A stretch of 64,000 nt of DNA from Gemmatimonadales bacterium. GTDB taxonomy: Bacteria > Gemmatimonadota > Gemmatimonadetes > Gemmatimonadales > Gemmatimonadaceae. The stretch covers positions 1,134 through 65,133 of the forward strand of contig JBIOHR010000001.1 in the NCBI GenBank assembly GCA_044449085.1. The letters are read 5' to 3'. Both the position numbers and the translations under genes were made by a program. Position 1 is the stretch's first letter. Every line of letters starts with the position of its first letter. Of the stretch, positions 53,129 through 62,700 are shown piece after piece. The notes under the pieces were generated by a model, which made no database searches, was not told the origin of the DNA, and saw only the letters and a list, made by a program, of their open reading frames with translations.

Positions 53129-55099
53129 TCAAGCCGGCGAGGGCTCCGGTCCGCCGAGCAGCGGCGGCGTGACGCGCTTGGGTTCCGGGATCGCCGGTGA
53201 CGACGGCGGGAGCGGCGGAACCGCCGACGGCGGCCGTGGAGGAAGCGTGCCACCCTTGATGAGGATCGCAAAATCCTCGCGTGTGAGCGTCTCACGCTCG
53301 AGCAGCCCCGCGGCAATCGCGTCGAGGAGGGGACGGTTTTCCGTCAGCACCTTCTTCGCGCGCTGATACGCGGTGTCGATCACGCGCGCGACCTCGTCGT
53401 CCACCTGCTGCGCGGTGCGCTCGGAAACGACGCGACGGCTCGTCAGCTGCTGGCCCAGGAACACTTCCTGCTCGTTGTCGCCGACGAGCACTGGACCGAT
53501 CGTGTCCGACAATCCCCACTGCGAGACGTAGCGGCGGGCGATCGCCGTCGCCGTCTGGATGTCGCTCGCGGCGCCCGTGGTGACGCGGTCGCGTCCGAAC
53601 ACAAGCTCCTCCGCCGCGCGGCCGCCGTACGCCATCACGAGACGCGCTTCGAGCTGCTCGCGCGTCACGCTCACGCGGTCGTCCTCGGGCAGCGTAAAGG
53701 CGAGCCCGAGCGCGCGCCCACGCGGCACGATCGTCACCTTGTGCAGCGGGTCATTCCCCTTGACCATCATCGCGCACACGGCGTGGCCGCCCTCGTGGAA
53801 CGCGGTGAGGCGGCGCTCTTCCTCACGCATCACGAGCGATTTCCGCTCGGCGCCGAGCATCACCTTGTCCTTCGCGTCCTCGAGATCGACCATGTAGATC
53901 TTGTCGTGATTGCGGCGCGCGGCGAGCAGCGCGCCCTCGTTCACGAGGTTGGCAATGTCGGCGCCGGCCATGCCCGGCGTGCCCTTCGCGATCGACGTGA
54001 TGTCCACGTCGTCCGCGATCGGCTTGTTCCGCACGTGCACCCGGAGGATTCCTTCGCGCCCGCGCAGGTCCGGTGCATCGACGACGATCTGCCGGTCGAA
54101 CCGGCCCGGCCGCAGCAGTGCGGGATCGAGCACGTCCGGACGGTTGGTCGCGGCGATGAGGATCACGCCTTCGTTCGACTCGAAGCCGTCCATCTCGACG
54201 AGCAGCTGGTTGAGCGTCTGTTCGCGCTCGTCGTGCCCGCCGCCAAGCCCTGCGCCGCGGTGACGGCCGACCGCATCGATTTCGTCGATGAAGATGATGC
54301 ACGGCGCATGCGCCTTGCCCTGCTCAAACAGGTCGCGCACGCGGCTCGCGCCGACGCCGACGAACATCTCGACGAAATCGGAACCGGACATCGAGAAGAA
54401 GGGACGCCCCGCCTCGCCCGCGACGGCGCGCGCAAGCAGCGTCTTGCCCGTGCCCGGAGGTCCGACGAGCAGCGCGCCCTTGGGCAGGCGCCCGCCAAGT
54501 TTCGTGAACTTCGCGGGATCCTTGAGGAATTCGATGATCTCCTCGAGCTCGACCTTTGCCTCGTCACATCCCGCCACGTCGGCAAACGTGACCTTGGGAG
54601 TATCTCCGGCCAGCAGTTTCGCCTTTGATTTTCCGAACGAGAACGCCTTGGCGCCACCGGCCTGCATCTGCCGGATGATGAAGATCCAGATGCCGATCAT
54701 CACCACCCACGGAAGTATCGTGAGCAAGAGGTTGCCGATCGAGGCACGCGCATCTTCCGCGGAGACCTGGACCTTCTGCGCGCGCAGGCGCTCGAGATCG
54801 CGATCGCCGATCTGCCCCGTGAGCTTCACGGTGAAATGCTTCGCGTTGACGCCGCCGATCGACTGCGTTGTCTTGAACTCGCCCGTGATGTCCTTGCCCG
54901 CGGTGACGGTCACCTTGGCGATGTTGCCGGCGTCGAGCTCATCCTCGTACTGCGTCACGTCGAGACGCGGCGCGGGGTCGCTCTTGGAACCCTGGAACTG
55001 GAAGAACGCAATCGGAACCAGGATGACGAGCAGCCAGAAGGCCAGCGTCGTCGAGTGTCGTCTCCAGGAACCGGGCTTGTTGGGCGGCTGTGTGGACAT
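53129..55099 (-). CDS. ftsH: ATP-dependent zinc metalloprotease FtsH
   Basis: 656 aa. Two TM helices, the AAA+ module ([27 protein letters not shown]) and the HEGGHA zinc site. Confidence 0.98.
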   Translation of the reverse strand: MSTQPPNKPGSWRRHSTTLAFWLLVILVPIAFFQFQGSKSDPAPRLDVTQYEDELDAGNIAKVTVTAGKDITGEFKTTQSIGGVNAKHFTVKLTGQIGDRDLERLRAQKVQVSAEDARASIGNLLLTILPWVVMIGIWIFIIRQMQAGGAKAFSFGKSKAKLLAGDTPKVTFADVAGCDEAKVELEEIIEFLKDPAKFTKLGGRLPKGALLVGPPGTGKTLLARAVAGEAGRPFFSMSGSDFVEMFVGVGASRVRDLFEQGKAHAPCIIFIDEIDAVGRHRGAGLGGGHDEREQTLNQLLVEMDGFESNEGVILIAATNRPDVLDPALLRPGRFDRQIVVDAPDLRGREGILRVHVRNKPIADDVDITSIAKGTPGMAGADIANLVNEGALLAARRNHDKIYMVDLEDAKDKVMLGAERKSLVMREEERRLTAFHEGGHAVCAMMVKGNDPLHKVTIVPRGRALGLAFTLPEDDRVSVTREQLEARLVMAYGGRAAEELVFGRDRVTTGAASDIQTATAIARRYVSQWGLSDTIGPVLVGDNEQEVFLGQQLTSRRVVSERTAQQVDDEVARVIDTAYQRAKKVLTENRPLLDAIAAGLLERETLTREDFAILIKGGTLPPRPPSAVPPLPPSSPAIPEPKRVTPPLLGGPEPSPA

Positions 55100-55141
55100 T
55101 TGAAATGCAGCTAGGCTGCGAGTCGGGTCGAAATGGCGGGA

Positions 55142-55714
55142 CTACTCAAGGCTTGCAACATATGGCAGGTGCCTGAAGTCCTCTGCATGATCCAGGCCGT
55201 ATCCCACCAGAAACTCATTCGGAGCATCGAAGCCGACGAACCGCGTCGGATAACGCAACGCCGTGGCGATGTGCTTGTGGAGCAAAGCGCAGATCTCGAT
55301 CGACTTCGGTGCCCGCGTATGTAAGACATCTACCAGGCGGTTAAGCGTTCGCCCGGAGTCGACGATGTCCTCGACGAGCAGGATGTGCTTCCCCGCCAGC
55401 GTCGTCTCAGGATCGTACACCAGATTGACCATCCCGGACGACGCCGTCCCATCGCCGTAGCTCGACGCGACGATGAAATCGACTTGCAACGGCCGCCTGA
55501 TCTGCCGAACCAGGTCTGCCAAAAAGACGAAGCTCCCCTTCAGCAATCCAAGCACCAGCAACTCGCCGTCGGGATACGCCGCAGTGATCTCCTCGCCAAG
55601 TTCGTGCACGCGTCCTGCGATTTCCGGCGCCTCGAATGCGATCCGCTTCACCGCCCGGCCGAGCAAACGCGGATCGTCCGGGTTCGCCGACGCGGCGCTG
55701 GAAGCGGCAATCAT
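55142..55714 (-). CDS. hpt: hypoxanthine phosphoribosyltransferase
   Basis: The track ORF is over-extended to 56143. The ATG at 55714, 1 nt after the tilS stop, gives 190 aa with the PRPP loop ILLVEDIVDSGRTL and the YGLDHAE motif. Confidence 0.93.
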   Translation of the reverse strand: MIAASSAASANPDDPRLLGRAVKRIAFEAPEIAGRVHELGEEITAAYPDGELLVLGLLKGSFVFLADLVRQIRRPLQVDFIVASSYGDGTASSGMVNLVYDPETTLAGKHILLVEDIVDSGRTLNRLVDVLHTRAPKSIEICALLHKHIATALRYPTRFVGFDAPNEFLVGYGLDHAEDFRHLPYVASLE

Positions 55715-55715
55715 A

Positions 55716-56729
55716 CTATAAATATACTGCGTCTTCGGCTCCGGAGGCGCGCAGGACGAAGGTAGAGGCCGTGCGTTCGACCCCGGCCCCCCCCGAGAGC
55801 GGAATCCGCCCGCCGGTCTTGCCGGTGGTCGTGAAGGCGACGAGGCGCTCCGTGCCGCGCCAGTCGAGAACGATTCCCGCGCGTCCCGCGATGGCCGGCC
55901 AGAGCACGCCGAGCGCCTCAACCGGCAGCGCGCGCAGCGGATCGAGCGGAACCACGAGCGGCGGCAGCAGCTGAGTGCCCAGCGTGTCCACAACCCGCTC
56001 AACCGACTCGCGCCATTCCGCCGCGCGCCGCGCAATGCCGATGAGCTCGGCGCCAAAGCCCGGACACGCGGTCTCCAGCGCCGGGAGCAGGTCCAGGCGC
56101 ACGCGGTTGCGCAGGTACGCGCGATCGACGTTGGACGGGTCATCGACGTACCGGATCTGATGCGCGGCCGCGTAGGCCGCGACGTCGGAACGCCCGACGG
56201 TCAGCAACGGTCGCGCCACTGGCGACGGAGCGTACATCGCCGCGAGGCCACGTACGGACGTGTGTCGTGGGTCGCGGAGCACGCGCATGGCGACGGTCTC
56301 GAGCTGGTCGTCGCGCGTGTGCGCCGTGACGACCGTCGCCGTGAGTTCCTTTGCCCGGCTTGACAGGAACTTCCACCGGGCGCCACGCCATGCAGCTTCG
56401 CGAGCCGGGCCGCCGGCCGGCCGTCGTCCCGAGACTACCCGCACCGACCGCAGCCGACCCTCCTCCTCCACGAGACGCGCTGCACGCTCGGCCGCTGGTC
56501 CAGTGGCGTGGTCAAAGGTTCCCACCGCGACAATGTCCGCGCGACAGCCGGCGAACGCGTCGAGCAGCACCATCGAATCCCGGCCGCCGGAGACGGCAAG
56601 CAGGTATCGTCCGTGAGGCAGCGCGCGAATGGGAGCCAACACCCGCTCGCTGAAGTCATCGGACAGCGCCGCTTTACTCGCTCGCGTCATGGCGTTAAGA
56701 TAAGACCGTCGCGCAGCTCGCATTCGCAC
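55716..56729 (-). CDS. tilS: tRNA(Ile)-lysidine synthase
   Basis: 337 aa (the alternative ATG at 56690 gives MTRASK). PP-loop LLAVSGGRDSMVLLD and VTAHTRDDQLET. Confidence 0.9.
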   Translation of the reverse strand: MRMRAARRSYLNAMTRASKAALSDDFSERVLAPIRALPHGRYLLAVSGGRDSMVLLDAFAGCRADIVAVGTFDHATGPAAERAARLVEEEGRLRSVRVVSGRRPAGGPAREAAWRGARWKFLSSRAKELTATVVTAHTRDDQLETVAMRVLRDPRHTSVRGLAAMYAPSPVARPLLTVGRSDVAAYAAAHQIRYVDDPSNVDRAYLRNRVRLDLLPALETACPGFGAELIGIARRAAEWRESVERVVDTLGTQLLPPLVVPLDPLRALPVEALGVLWPAIAGRAGIVLDWRGTERLVAFTTTGKTGGRIPLSGGAGVERTASTFVLRASGAEDAVYL

Positions 56730-56751
56730 TTACTCAGGTCGGTCCCAAACT

Positions 56752-56943
56752 ATGGAACACAGCTTCGGCGGGCCCCTCGGCACCCTGTTCGTTGGCCTCG
56801 GGCTTGGCGCGTTCTACTCGGCGTTGATTTGGATCAACCTGCTGCTCGGCGTGTTCCTGACGCCGTTGTTCCTGGTGCCGCTGACGTGGGTGCAGGATGC
56901 CATTATGGCGAAACGGGCTGGAGTCTCGGGCGGGAAGGCCTGA
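56752..56943 (+). CDS. small hypothetical membrane protein (63 aa)
   Basis: MEHSFGGPLGTLFVGLGLGAFYSALIWINLLLGVFLTPLFLVPLTW has two hydrophobic helices. G/C dominates third positions. A strong terminator follows. It is divergent from tilS. Confidence 0.6.
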   Translation: MEHSFGGPLGTLFVGLGLGAFYSALIWINLLLGVFLTPLFLVPLTWVQDAIMAKRAGVSGGKA

Positions 56944-57004
56944 CGGTTTTCGGCCTGGGCTGTTTCGCCGGAAAAGCAGTGAACTGAGTTCTGACATGAC
57001 TGAG

Positions 57005-57032
57005 GGGCCAGCAGAGATGCTGGCCCTTTTTT
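57005..57032 (+). terminator. canonical rho-independent terminator
   Basis: GGGCCAGCA-GAGA-TGCTGGCCC is a perfect 9-bp stem with a 4-nt loop, followed by TTTTTT. It lies 62 nt past the stop at 56943. It is the only stem plus U-tract terminator I could find in the window. Confidence 0.85.
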
Positions 57033-57165
57033 GCATTACACTCTGCGTATCCGTGAACGATCTTGAAAACAATTGGTGAAGCATATTTGTGATCACCACA
57101 TCTCATGTCGGGCGATATGCAGAGATGCATATGGGCTTTCTTGAATATCCACACCACGAATTTTG

Positions 57166-57194
57166 TTGATGCAATACATCACCCTCAATATAAT
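57166..57194 (+). promoter_or_regulatory. candidate sigma-70-type promoter inside the AT-rich island
   Basis: TTGATG (57166-57171), a 17-nt spacer, then TATAAT (57189-57194). The match is exact at -10 and 4 of 6 at -35. AT-rich DNA produces such hexamers by chance, and no confident downstream gene exists. Confidence 0.25.
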
Positions 57195-57219
57195 AACATC
57201 GCATTATGTAAGCTGTTAC

Positions 57220-57238
57220 ATACATCGATACGATGTAT
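57220..57238. promoter_or_regulatory. perfect 19-bp palindrome (candidate operator or RNA hairpin)
   Basis: ATACATCG-ATA-CGATGTAT has perfect 8-bp arms. A second inverted repeat, TGCAA-AATGA-TTGCA, lies at 57254-57268. Confidence 0.3.
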
Positions 57239-57562
57239 TTTAGCGCAATTTTATGCAAAATGATTGCACGATGTGGAAATTCGCCGAAATGGCGACCCAA
57301 CCGTGCGCATTGTCCTGCTCATGCCCCGCTGCGGCACGCACCGTGCGGCCCCGTTGCGCGGATCTGAGGCGGACACCGACGCGCCGCATCGCACCGGTCA
57401 GCTCGGCACGACGGGCCGCTCGACCGTCCGCTCGACGATCTGGCGCAGGGATACGCCATGGACGCCGGGGAGCGAACCGCCGGCTCGTCAGCCTGTCACT
57501 TTGACTTGAGTACGAGTTGCAGCGGTGCGGGGGTTCCCGGGGCCGCGCCGCGACTCGACGAG

Positions 57563-58192
57563 CTACGGGGTCACGTTGATCACACCGGTTTCGCCGTGGA
57601 CCGGGCAGTGGTATGTGAACGTCCCGGCCACTGGGAACGGCCTATCGAAGGTGCCCGTTGTCGCGGAAACAGGGACGTTTGTAGGTGCTCCCGACACGGC
57701 ATCGAACGCCACGCCGTGGCCGCGCGTGATGGAAAACCTGACGGAGAGCCCCGCTTTGACCGTAACCGAAGTCGGCACGAACGCCGGAGTCGAGTAGTCG
57801 GACACGATCGCCGCCATACCATCCGTGCTCGGCAGCACCGAGATGTCGATTGGGGACGCCTGATAGCCGCTATATGACGCGGTGATCGTGGTCGATCCAA
57901 CCGATCGGCCGAAGATCACGAAGCCGCCCACGGTCGCGACGCTCGGATCGGAACTGGTAGCACTGAACAAACCGTTGTTCTGCAGCCCCGCACCGCCGAG
58001 CGAGCCGGTGATCGAGACGGTGTCCCCGACCATCACGCTCGACGTGGCGACGTTCAGCGTCAGGATCGTCGTCCCCGGGTTCGCACCCGTGGGGTAGCCG
58101 GCGTCTGCGCCGTCGTTGCTCACGGGGTGCGAAAGAGTGCCACAAGCCGCGGCCAAGACCGCCGCTCCCGCCGTCAAGAATCGCAGCTGCAT
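57563..58192 (-). CDS. lipoprotein with Ig-like domain and C-terminal cupredoxin-like domain
   Basis: The ATG at 58192, 2 nt after the paaZ stop, gives MQLRFLTAGAAVLAAACG (lipobox). The middle has a Big_2-like pattern (SSDPSVATVGGFVIFGRSVGSTTITASY). The C-terminus FVPTSVTVKAGLSVRFS..RGHGVAFD......GTFTYHCPVHGETGVINV follows the plastocyanin/azurin-type pattern. 209 aa. Confidence 0.75.
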   Translation of the reverse strand: MQLRFLTAGAAVLAAACGTLSHPVSNDGADAGYPTGANPGTTILTLNVATSSVMVGDTVSITGSLGGAGLQNNGLFSATSSDPSVATVGGFVIFGRSVGSTTITASYSGYQASPIDISVLPSTDGMAAIVSDYSTPAFVPTSVTVKAGLSVRFSITRGHGVAFDAVSGAPTNVPVSATTGTFDRPFPVAGTFTYHCPVHGETGVINVTP

Positions 58193-58194
58193 CG

Positions 58195-60237
58195 CTAGCC
58201 CTCCTTGCGTCTCACAAGCGTGAGGATCGTGTAGACCGCGACGGGTTCGCGGTTCTGATTCTGCACCTCGACGTCCCACGCCACCACGCCCTGGGGAATC
58301 CCGCCGTCCGGCGTCTCCTTGGCCGTCTTCTGCTTGCAGGTCAGCCGCACGTGGATCGTGTCGCCCGGGTACACCGGCTTGGTGAAACGTAGGTTTTCAA
58401 GGCCGTAGTTTGCAAGCACCGGGCCAAACGCCGGATCCACGAACAGCCCGGCGGCCGCCGAAACGATGAAGTATCCGTGGGCGACCCGGCGTTCGAAGAT
58501 GCCCTTCCGCGCGTCATCGTCGCTCATGTGCGCGTAGAATCTGTCCCCGCTCAACTCGGCGAACTTCACGACGTCCTCGAGGGTGATCTCGCGCGTTCCT
58601 GTGATGAGCGTGTCGCCCACCTCCAGCTCGTCGAAATACCGCCGGAACAGGTGCGATCCGCCCGTCTTCTGCGCCGCACCGGGCATGTACTCATGCACGA
58701 TCCCCGAGAGCGCTGTGGGCGAACCCTGAAGCGCCGTGCGCTGCATGTAGTGAAGGACGCCGCGCACGCCGCCCAGTTCCTCGCCGCCCCCGGCACGGCC
58801 TGGTCCGCCGTGGACGAGGTTCGGAAGCGGCGAGCCGTGACCGGTGCTTTCCTTGGCGCTGGAGCGGTCGAGCACGAGAATCCTGCCATGGTAGGGCGCG
58901 ACTCCGAGGACGACCTGGCGCGCGACCTTTGCGTCCGCCGTGAACAGGGACCCGCACAGGCTGCCGCGTCCAAGCTTGGCCAGTTCGATCGCTTCATCGA
59001 CCGAACCGTACGGCATCACGGTGTTGACCGGTCCGAACGCCTCGATATCGTGGGGCTCGCTCGACGCAAATGGCGTGTCGCAGGAGAGCAGCATGGGCGC
59101 AAAGAACGCTCCCTTCTCGCGATCGGCGCCTATGACCGCAAAATCTCCGTCGCCAAACACGACCTCGGCCACCTCGCCGATTTTCTCGGCGTTGGCGCGC
59201 ACGTCGCGCACCTGCGCCATGCTCGCGAGCGGTCCCATCCGTACGCCGTCCACTGCAGGGTCGCCGACCGTGACGCCGGCGAGCCGCTTGGAGATGGCCT
59301 TGATCACCGCCTCCTCCGTGCCCGCTGGGACGATCGTCCGGCGGATGGCAGTGCACTTCTGTCCTGCCTTCACCGTCATCTCGCGCGCGACCTCCTTTAC
59401 GAACAGGTCGAACTCCTCGGTGCCCGGCTGTGCGTCGGGGCCGAGGATCGAGCAGTTGAGCGAGTCCGCTTCCATGTTGAAGCGGACTGAGTTGCCGACG
59501 ATCGCGGGGCTTTCCTTGAGCATGCGGCCCGTCGCTGCAGAGCCGGTGAAGGCGACCGTGTCCTGAAGCCCGAGGTGCGAGAGCAGGTCGCCGGCACTGC
59601 CGCAGATCAGCTGCAGCGCGCCCGCCGGGAGCAGCCCCGACTCGATCATCGCGCGAACCATCGCCTCGGTGAGGTACGACGTGACCGTCGCCGGCTTGAC
59701 GATCGCCGGAACGCCGGCGAGCAACGCCGGCGCAAGCTTCTCGAGCATTCCCCAGCAAGGGAAATTGAACGCGTTGATATGGACCGCGACGCCTTCCAGC
59801 GGAACGCAAATGTGGCGGCCCACGAACGTCCCGTGCTTCGACAGCGCCTCCGTCGCGCCGTCCACGAAGAACGTTTCGTTCGGCAGATCGCGGCGGCCGC
59901 GGCTCGAGAAGGAGAACAGCGTTCCGATCCCGCCCTCGATGTCGATCCACGAGTCCGTGCGCGTCGCACCCGTCGCGGCGGAGAGGGCGTAGAACTCCTC
60001 CTTCCGGTCCATCAAGTACTTCGCGAGCGCCTTGAGCATCAGCGCGCGCTCGTGGAAAGTCATCTTGCGCAGTACCGGCCCACCGACGGCACGCGCGTAC
60101 GCGGCCATCGCCTCGAAGTCGAGTCCGCCGCTCGACGCCTCGCCGATCACTTCGCCGGTGACGGCATTGAACAGCTCGGCGGGCTTCCCGCTGCCTGCCA
60201 CCCACTCGCCCATCGCGTAGCTCTCGAGCTTCATCAT
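58195..60237 (-). CDS. paaZ: bifunctional oxepin-CoA hydrolase / 3-oxo-5,6-dehydrosuberyl-CoA semialdehyde dehydrogenase
   Basis: The ATG at 60237 overlaps the thiolase stop (ATGA). 680 aa. An N-terminal aldehyde dehydrogenase domain ([21 protein letters not shown]) is followed by a C-terminal MaoC hot-dog domain ([15 protein letters not shown]...VAHGYF). Confidence 0.88.
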   Translation of the reverse strand: MMKLESYAMGEWVAGSGKPAELFNAVTGEVIGEASSGGLDFEAMAAYARAVGGPVLRKMTFHERALMLKALAKYLMDRKEEFYALSAATGATRTDSWIDIEGGIGTLFSFSSRGRRDLPNETFFVDGATEALSKHGTFVGRHICVPLEGVAVHINAFNFPCWGMLEKLAPALLAGVPAIVKPATVTSYLTEAMVRAMIESGLLPAGALQLICGSAGDLLSHLGLQDTVAFTGSAATGRMLKESPAIVGNSVRFNMEADSLNCSILGPDAQPGTEEFDLFVKEVAREMTVKAGQKCTAIRRTIVPAGTEEAVIKAISKRLAGVTVGDPAVDGVRMGPLASMAQVRDVRANAEKIGEVAEVVFGDGDFAVIGADREKGAFFAPMLLSCDTPFASSEPHDIEAFGPVNTVMPYGSVDEAIELAKLGRGSLCGSLFTADAKVARQVVLGVAPYHGRILVLDRSSAKESTGHGSPLPNLVHGGPGRAGGGEELGGVRGVLHYMQRTALQGSPTALSGIVHEYMPGAAQKTGGSHLFRRYFDELEVGDTLITGTREITLEDVVKFAELSGDRFYAHMSDDDARKGIFERRVAHGYFIVSAAAGLFVDPAFGPVLANYGLENLRFTKPVYPGDTIHVRLTCKQKTAKETPDGGIPQGVVAWDVEVQNQNREPVAVYTILTLVRRKEG

Positions 60238-61445
60238 GCGCGCTCCAGGACCATCGCCATTCCCTGCCCCACGCCGATGCACATGGTGCAGAGGGCATAG
60301 CGTTTGTTCGTCCGCTCGAGCTCGCGCACGGCGGTGAGCACGAGCCGCGCCCCCGACATCCCGAGCGGATGTCCGAGGGCGATCGCACCGCCGTTGGGAT
60401 TCACGCGTGGATCGTCGTCGGCAAGCCCAAGTTCACGCAGGCACGCGAGCGACTGCGCGGCGAAGGCTTCGTTCAGTTCGATCACGTCCATCTGGTCGAG
60501 CGTGAGCCCGGCGAGCGCGAGTACGTTGCGTGTGGAGGGCACCGGCCCCATGCCCATGATGCGCGGTTCGACTCCGGCGGCGGCGCTCGCCACTACGCGC
60601 GCCACTGGCGCGAGTCCGAACTCCCTGACCGCGGACGCTCCCGCGAGGAGCAGCGCGGCGGCGCCGTCGTTGAGTCCCGACGAGTTGCCCGCGGTGACCG
60701 AGCCCTTGCCGTCCGCGCGAAAGGCGGGCTTGAGCCGCGCGAGCGCGTCTGCCGACGTTTCTGCGCGGATGAACTCGTCGTGCTCGACACGCTTCGGCTC
60801 GCCTTTCTTCTGCGCGATTTCAACGGGCGCAATTTCGACGGCAAAACGCCCCGCCGCGCGTGCCGCCGCGGCCTTCTGCTGCGAGCGCAGCGCAAACGCG
60901 TCTTGATCTGCGCGAGTCACGCCGTACTGTTCGGCAACATTCTCCGCAGTCTGCCCCATCGAATCCGTGCCGTATTTCGCCTTCAGAGCCGGGTTCACAA
61001 AACGCCATCCAAGCGTTGTGTCGAAGAACTCGAGGTCGCGACCGAATGGCTTGGCGGATTTCGAGAATACGTACGGCGCGCGCGTCATGCTCTCGACACC
61101 GCCGGCCACATACAGCGCACCCTCGCCGGTCTTTACTCCACGCGCGGCGCTCGCCACCGCGCTCAGCCCGGACGCGCACAAGCGATTGATGGTCTCGCCG
61201 GGGACGCTGGCAGGCAGCCCCGCGAGGAGCAGCGCCATGCGCGCCACGTTCCGGTTGTCTTCGCCCGCCTGGTTGGCGCACCCCATGATCACGTCGGCGA
61301 TCTCCGCCGGCGGCACACTTGGGCTTCGCGCGCAGAGTTCGCGAATCGCGTGCGCGGCGAGGTCGTCCGCGCGCACCTCGCCCAGCCCGCCGCCGAGGTT
61401 GCCGACTGGAGTGCGGATGCCATCGATGATGAATGCGTCAGTCAC
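60234..61445 (-). CDS. paaJ: 3-oxoadipyl-CoA / 3-oxo-5,6-dehydrosuberyl-CoA thiolase
   Basis: 403 aa thiolase. INRLCASGL (active Cys), [22 protein letters not shown] and CIGVGQG. Confidence 0.9.
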   Translation of the reverse strand: MTDAFIIDGIRTPVGNLGGGLGEVRADDLAAHAIRELCARSPSVPPAEIADVIMGCANQAGEDNRNVARMALLLAGLPASVPGETINRLCASGLSAVASAARGVKTGEGALYVAGGVESMTRAPYVFSKSAKPFGRDLEFFDTTLGWRFVNPALKAKYGTDSMGQTAENVAEQYGVTRADQDAFALRSQQKAAAARAAGRFAVEIAPVEIAQKKGEPKRVEHDEFIRAETSADALARLKPAFRADGKGSVTAGNSSGLNDGAAALLLAGASAVREFGLAPVARVVASAAAGVEPRIMGMGPVPSTRNVLALAGLTLDQMDVIELNEAFAAQSLACLRELGLADDDPRVNPNGGAIALGHPLGMSGARLVLTAVRELERTNKRYALCTMCIGVGQGMAMVLERA

Positions 61446-61481
61446 TGTGGGGCCTGGATCTTGTTGGTGTGTGTGAGCGGT

Positions 61482-62690
61482 TCACGCCGAGAGCCGCGCG
61501 CCGGACTCTGCGGCACGCCGCAGCAGCGGGCTCGCGCGGTAACGATCTTCGCCGTACTCGGCGTGCAGCGAGTCGAGCAGTTCCAGCACGGGCGCGGCCC
61601 CGAGTTCGTCGCACCACGCGAGCAGTCCCTTCGGATAGTTCACGCCCTTGGTCATCGCGACGTCGAGATCGTGCGCCGTGGCGATCCGCAGGTTGAGCGC
61701 CTCGACCGCTTCGTTGATGAGCATCGCGAGCACGCGATCCACCACGCGGCCGGCAAGCTCGCGGTCTTCCGTGGGCCTCGGCGCGGCGGCACCGTCGCGG
61801 TAGTCGTAATAGCCGAGCTTCGTCTTGCGGCCGAGGCGGCCGCTCTCCACGAGGCGGCGCTGCGTGAGCGCGGGACGATAGCGCGGATCGTAGAACATCC
61901 CTTCGAACACCGAGCTGGTGACCGCGTAATTGACGTCGTTGCCGATGAAGTCCATCAGCTCGAACGGGCCCATGCGGAAGCCGCCGATCGTGCGCATGGC
62001 CCAGTCGATGGTCGCGCAATCGGCGATCCCTTCCTCGAACACGCGCAGCGACTCGCCGTAGAACGGGCGCGCCACGCGGTTCACGATGAAACCGGGCGTA
62101 TCCGCCGCGACCACGGTAGTCTTGCCCCACGAGTCTACGAGCGCGCGCGCCGTGCCGGCGACCGCCGCACTCGTCGTGAGCGCGGGGACGATCTCGACGA
62201 GCGGCATCACCCGCGCGGGATTGAAAAAGTGGATCCCAACCACGCGCTCAGGATTCGTCGCCGCCGACGCCAGCGACGCAATCGACAGCGACGACGTGTT
62301 CGTCGCGAGGACCGCATCGGACGAGACGACGCCCGCGAGGGCCGTGAAGAGCGCGCGCTTCGCCCCGAGCTCCTCGACGATCGCCTCGACGACCACGCCG
62401 CACTCACGATATATGGAAGGCGTGCCCGCGAGCGGCGCGTCGACGAACGTGATCCGCCCGAGCAGCGCCGTTCGTGCGTCCGCGGCAAGCTTTCCCTTCT
62501 CGACGAGCTTCGCGAGCGCCGCACCGATCGAGTCGCGCGCACTCGCGGCCGCGCCCGGCCGCGCGTCGGCGAGGACCACGCGATGCCCCGCCGCGGCCGC
62601 GACCTGCGCGATGCCGGCGCCCATCGCGCCTGCGCCGACGACGCCGATGAGGGCGCGCGCGCCGCCGCCCGCCGCTGATGCATCGGTCAT
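61482..62690 (-). CDS. paaH: 3-hydroxyacyl-CoA dehydrogenase (PaaH type)
   Basis: 402 aa. IGVVGAGAMGAGIAQVAA (Rossmann fold), NTSSLSI and GFIVNR, plus an additional C-terminal 3HCDH repeat. Confidence 0.85.
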   Translation of the reverse strand: MTDASAAGGGARALIGVVGAGAMGAGIAQVAAAAGHRVVLADARPGAAASARDSIGAALAKLVEKGKLAADARTALLGRITFVDAPLAGTPSIYRECGVVVEAIVEELGAKRALFTALAGVVSSDAVLATNTSSLSIASLASAATNPERVVGIHFFNPARVMPLVEIVPALTTSAAVAGTARALVDSWGKTTVVAADTPGFIVNRVARPFYGESLRVFEEGIADCATIDWAMRTIGGFRMGPFELMDFIGNDVNYAVTSSVFEGMFYDPRYRPALTQRRLVESGRLGRKTKLGYYDYRDGAAAPRPTEDRELAGRVVDRVLAMLINEAVEALNLRIATAHDLDVAMTKGVNYPKGLLAWCDELGAAPVLELLDSLHAEYGEDRYRASPLLRRAAESGARLSA

Positions 62691-62700
62691 CGAGTACGCC

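Noticed and set aside
57018-57036. Sigma-54 promoter-like TGGCCC-N-TGCA overlapping the terminator.
   Set aside because: The GG-to-GC spacing is one nucleotide short of the -24/-12 consensus. The sequence is fully explained as the descending arm and U-tract of the terminator.
57033-57280. AT-rich island as the replication origin (DnaA-box-like ATATCCACA, an AT-rich stretch resembling an unwinding element).
   Set aside because: There is only one 8 of 9 box and one weaker match (TGTGGAAAT at 57272-57280). There are no dnaA or dnaN genes nearby. Genes on both sides of the island are on the same (minus) strand, whereas an origin normally shows a switch of gene orientation.
57103-57300. Track ORFs inside the AT island (57103..57300(-) 65 aa and 56903..57157(-) 84 aa) as small acquired genes or a toxin.
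   Set aside because: They have a TTG start, no ribosome-binding site that I can see, and composition driven by AT-rich DNA. One crosses the strong terminator hairpin. No recognisable family. They remain a formal possibility under the AT-island finding.
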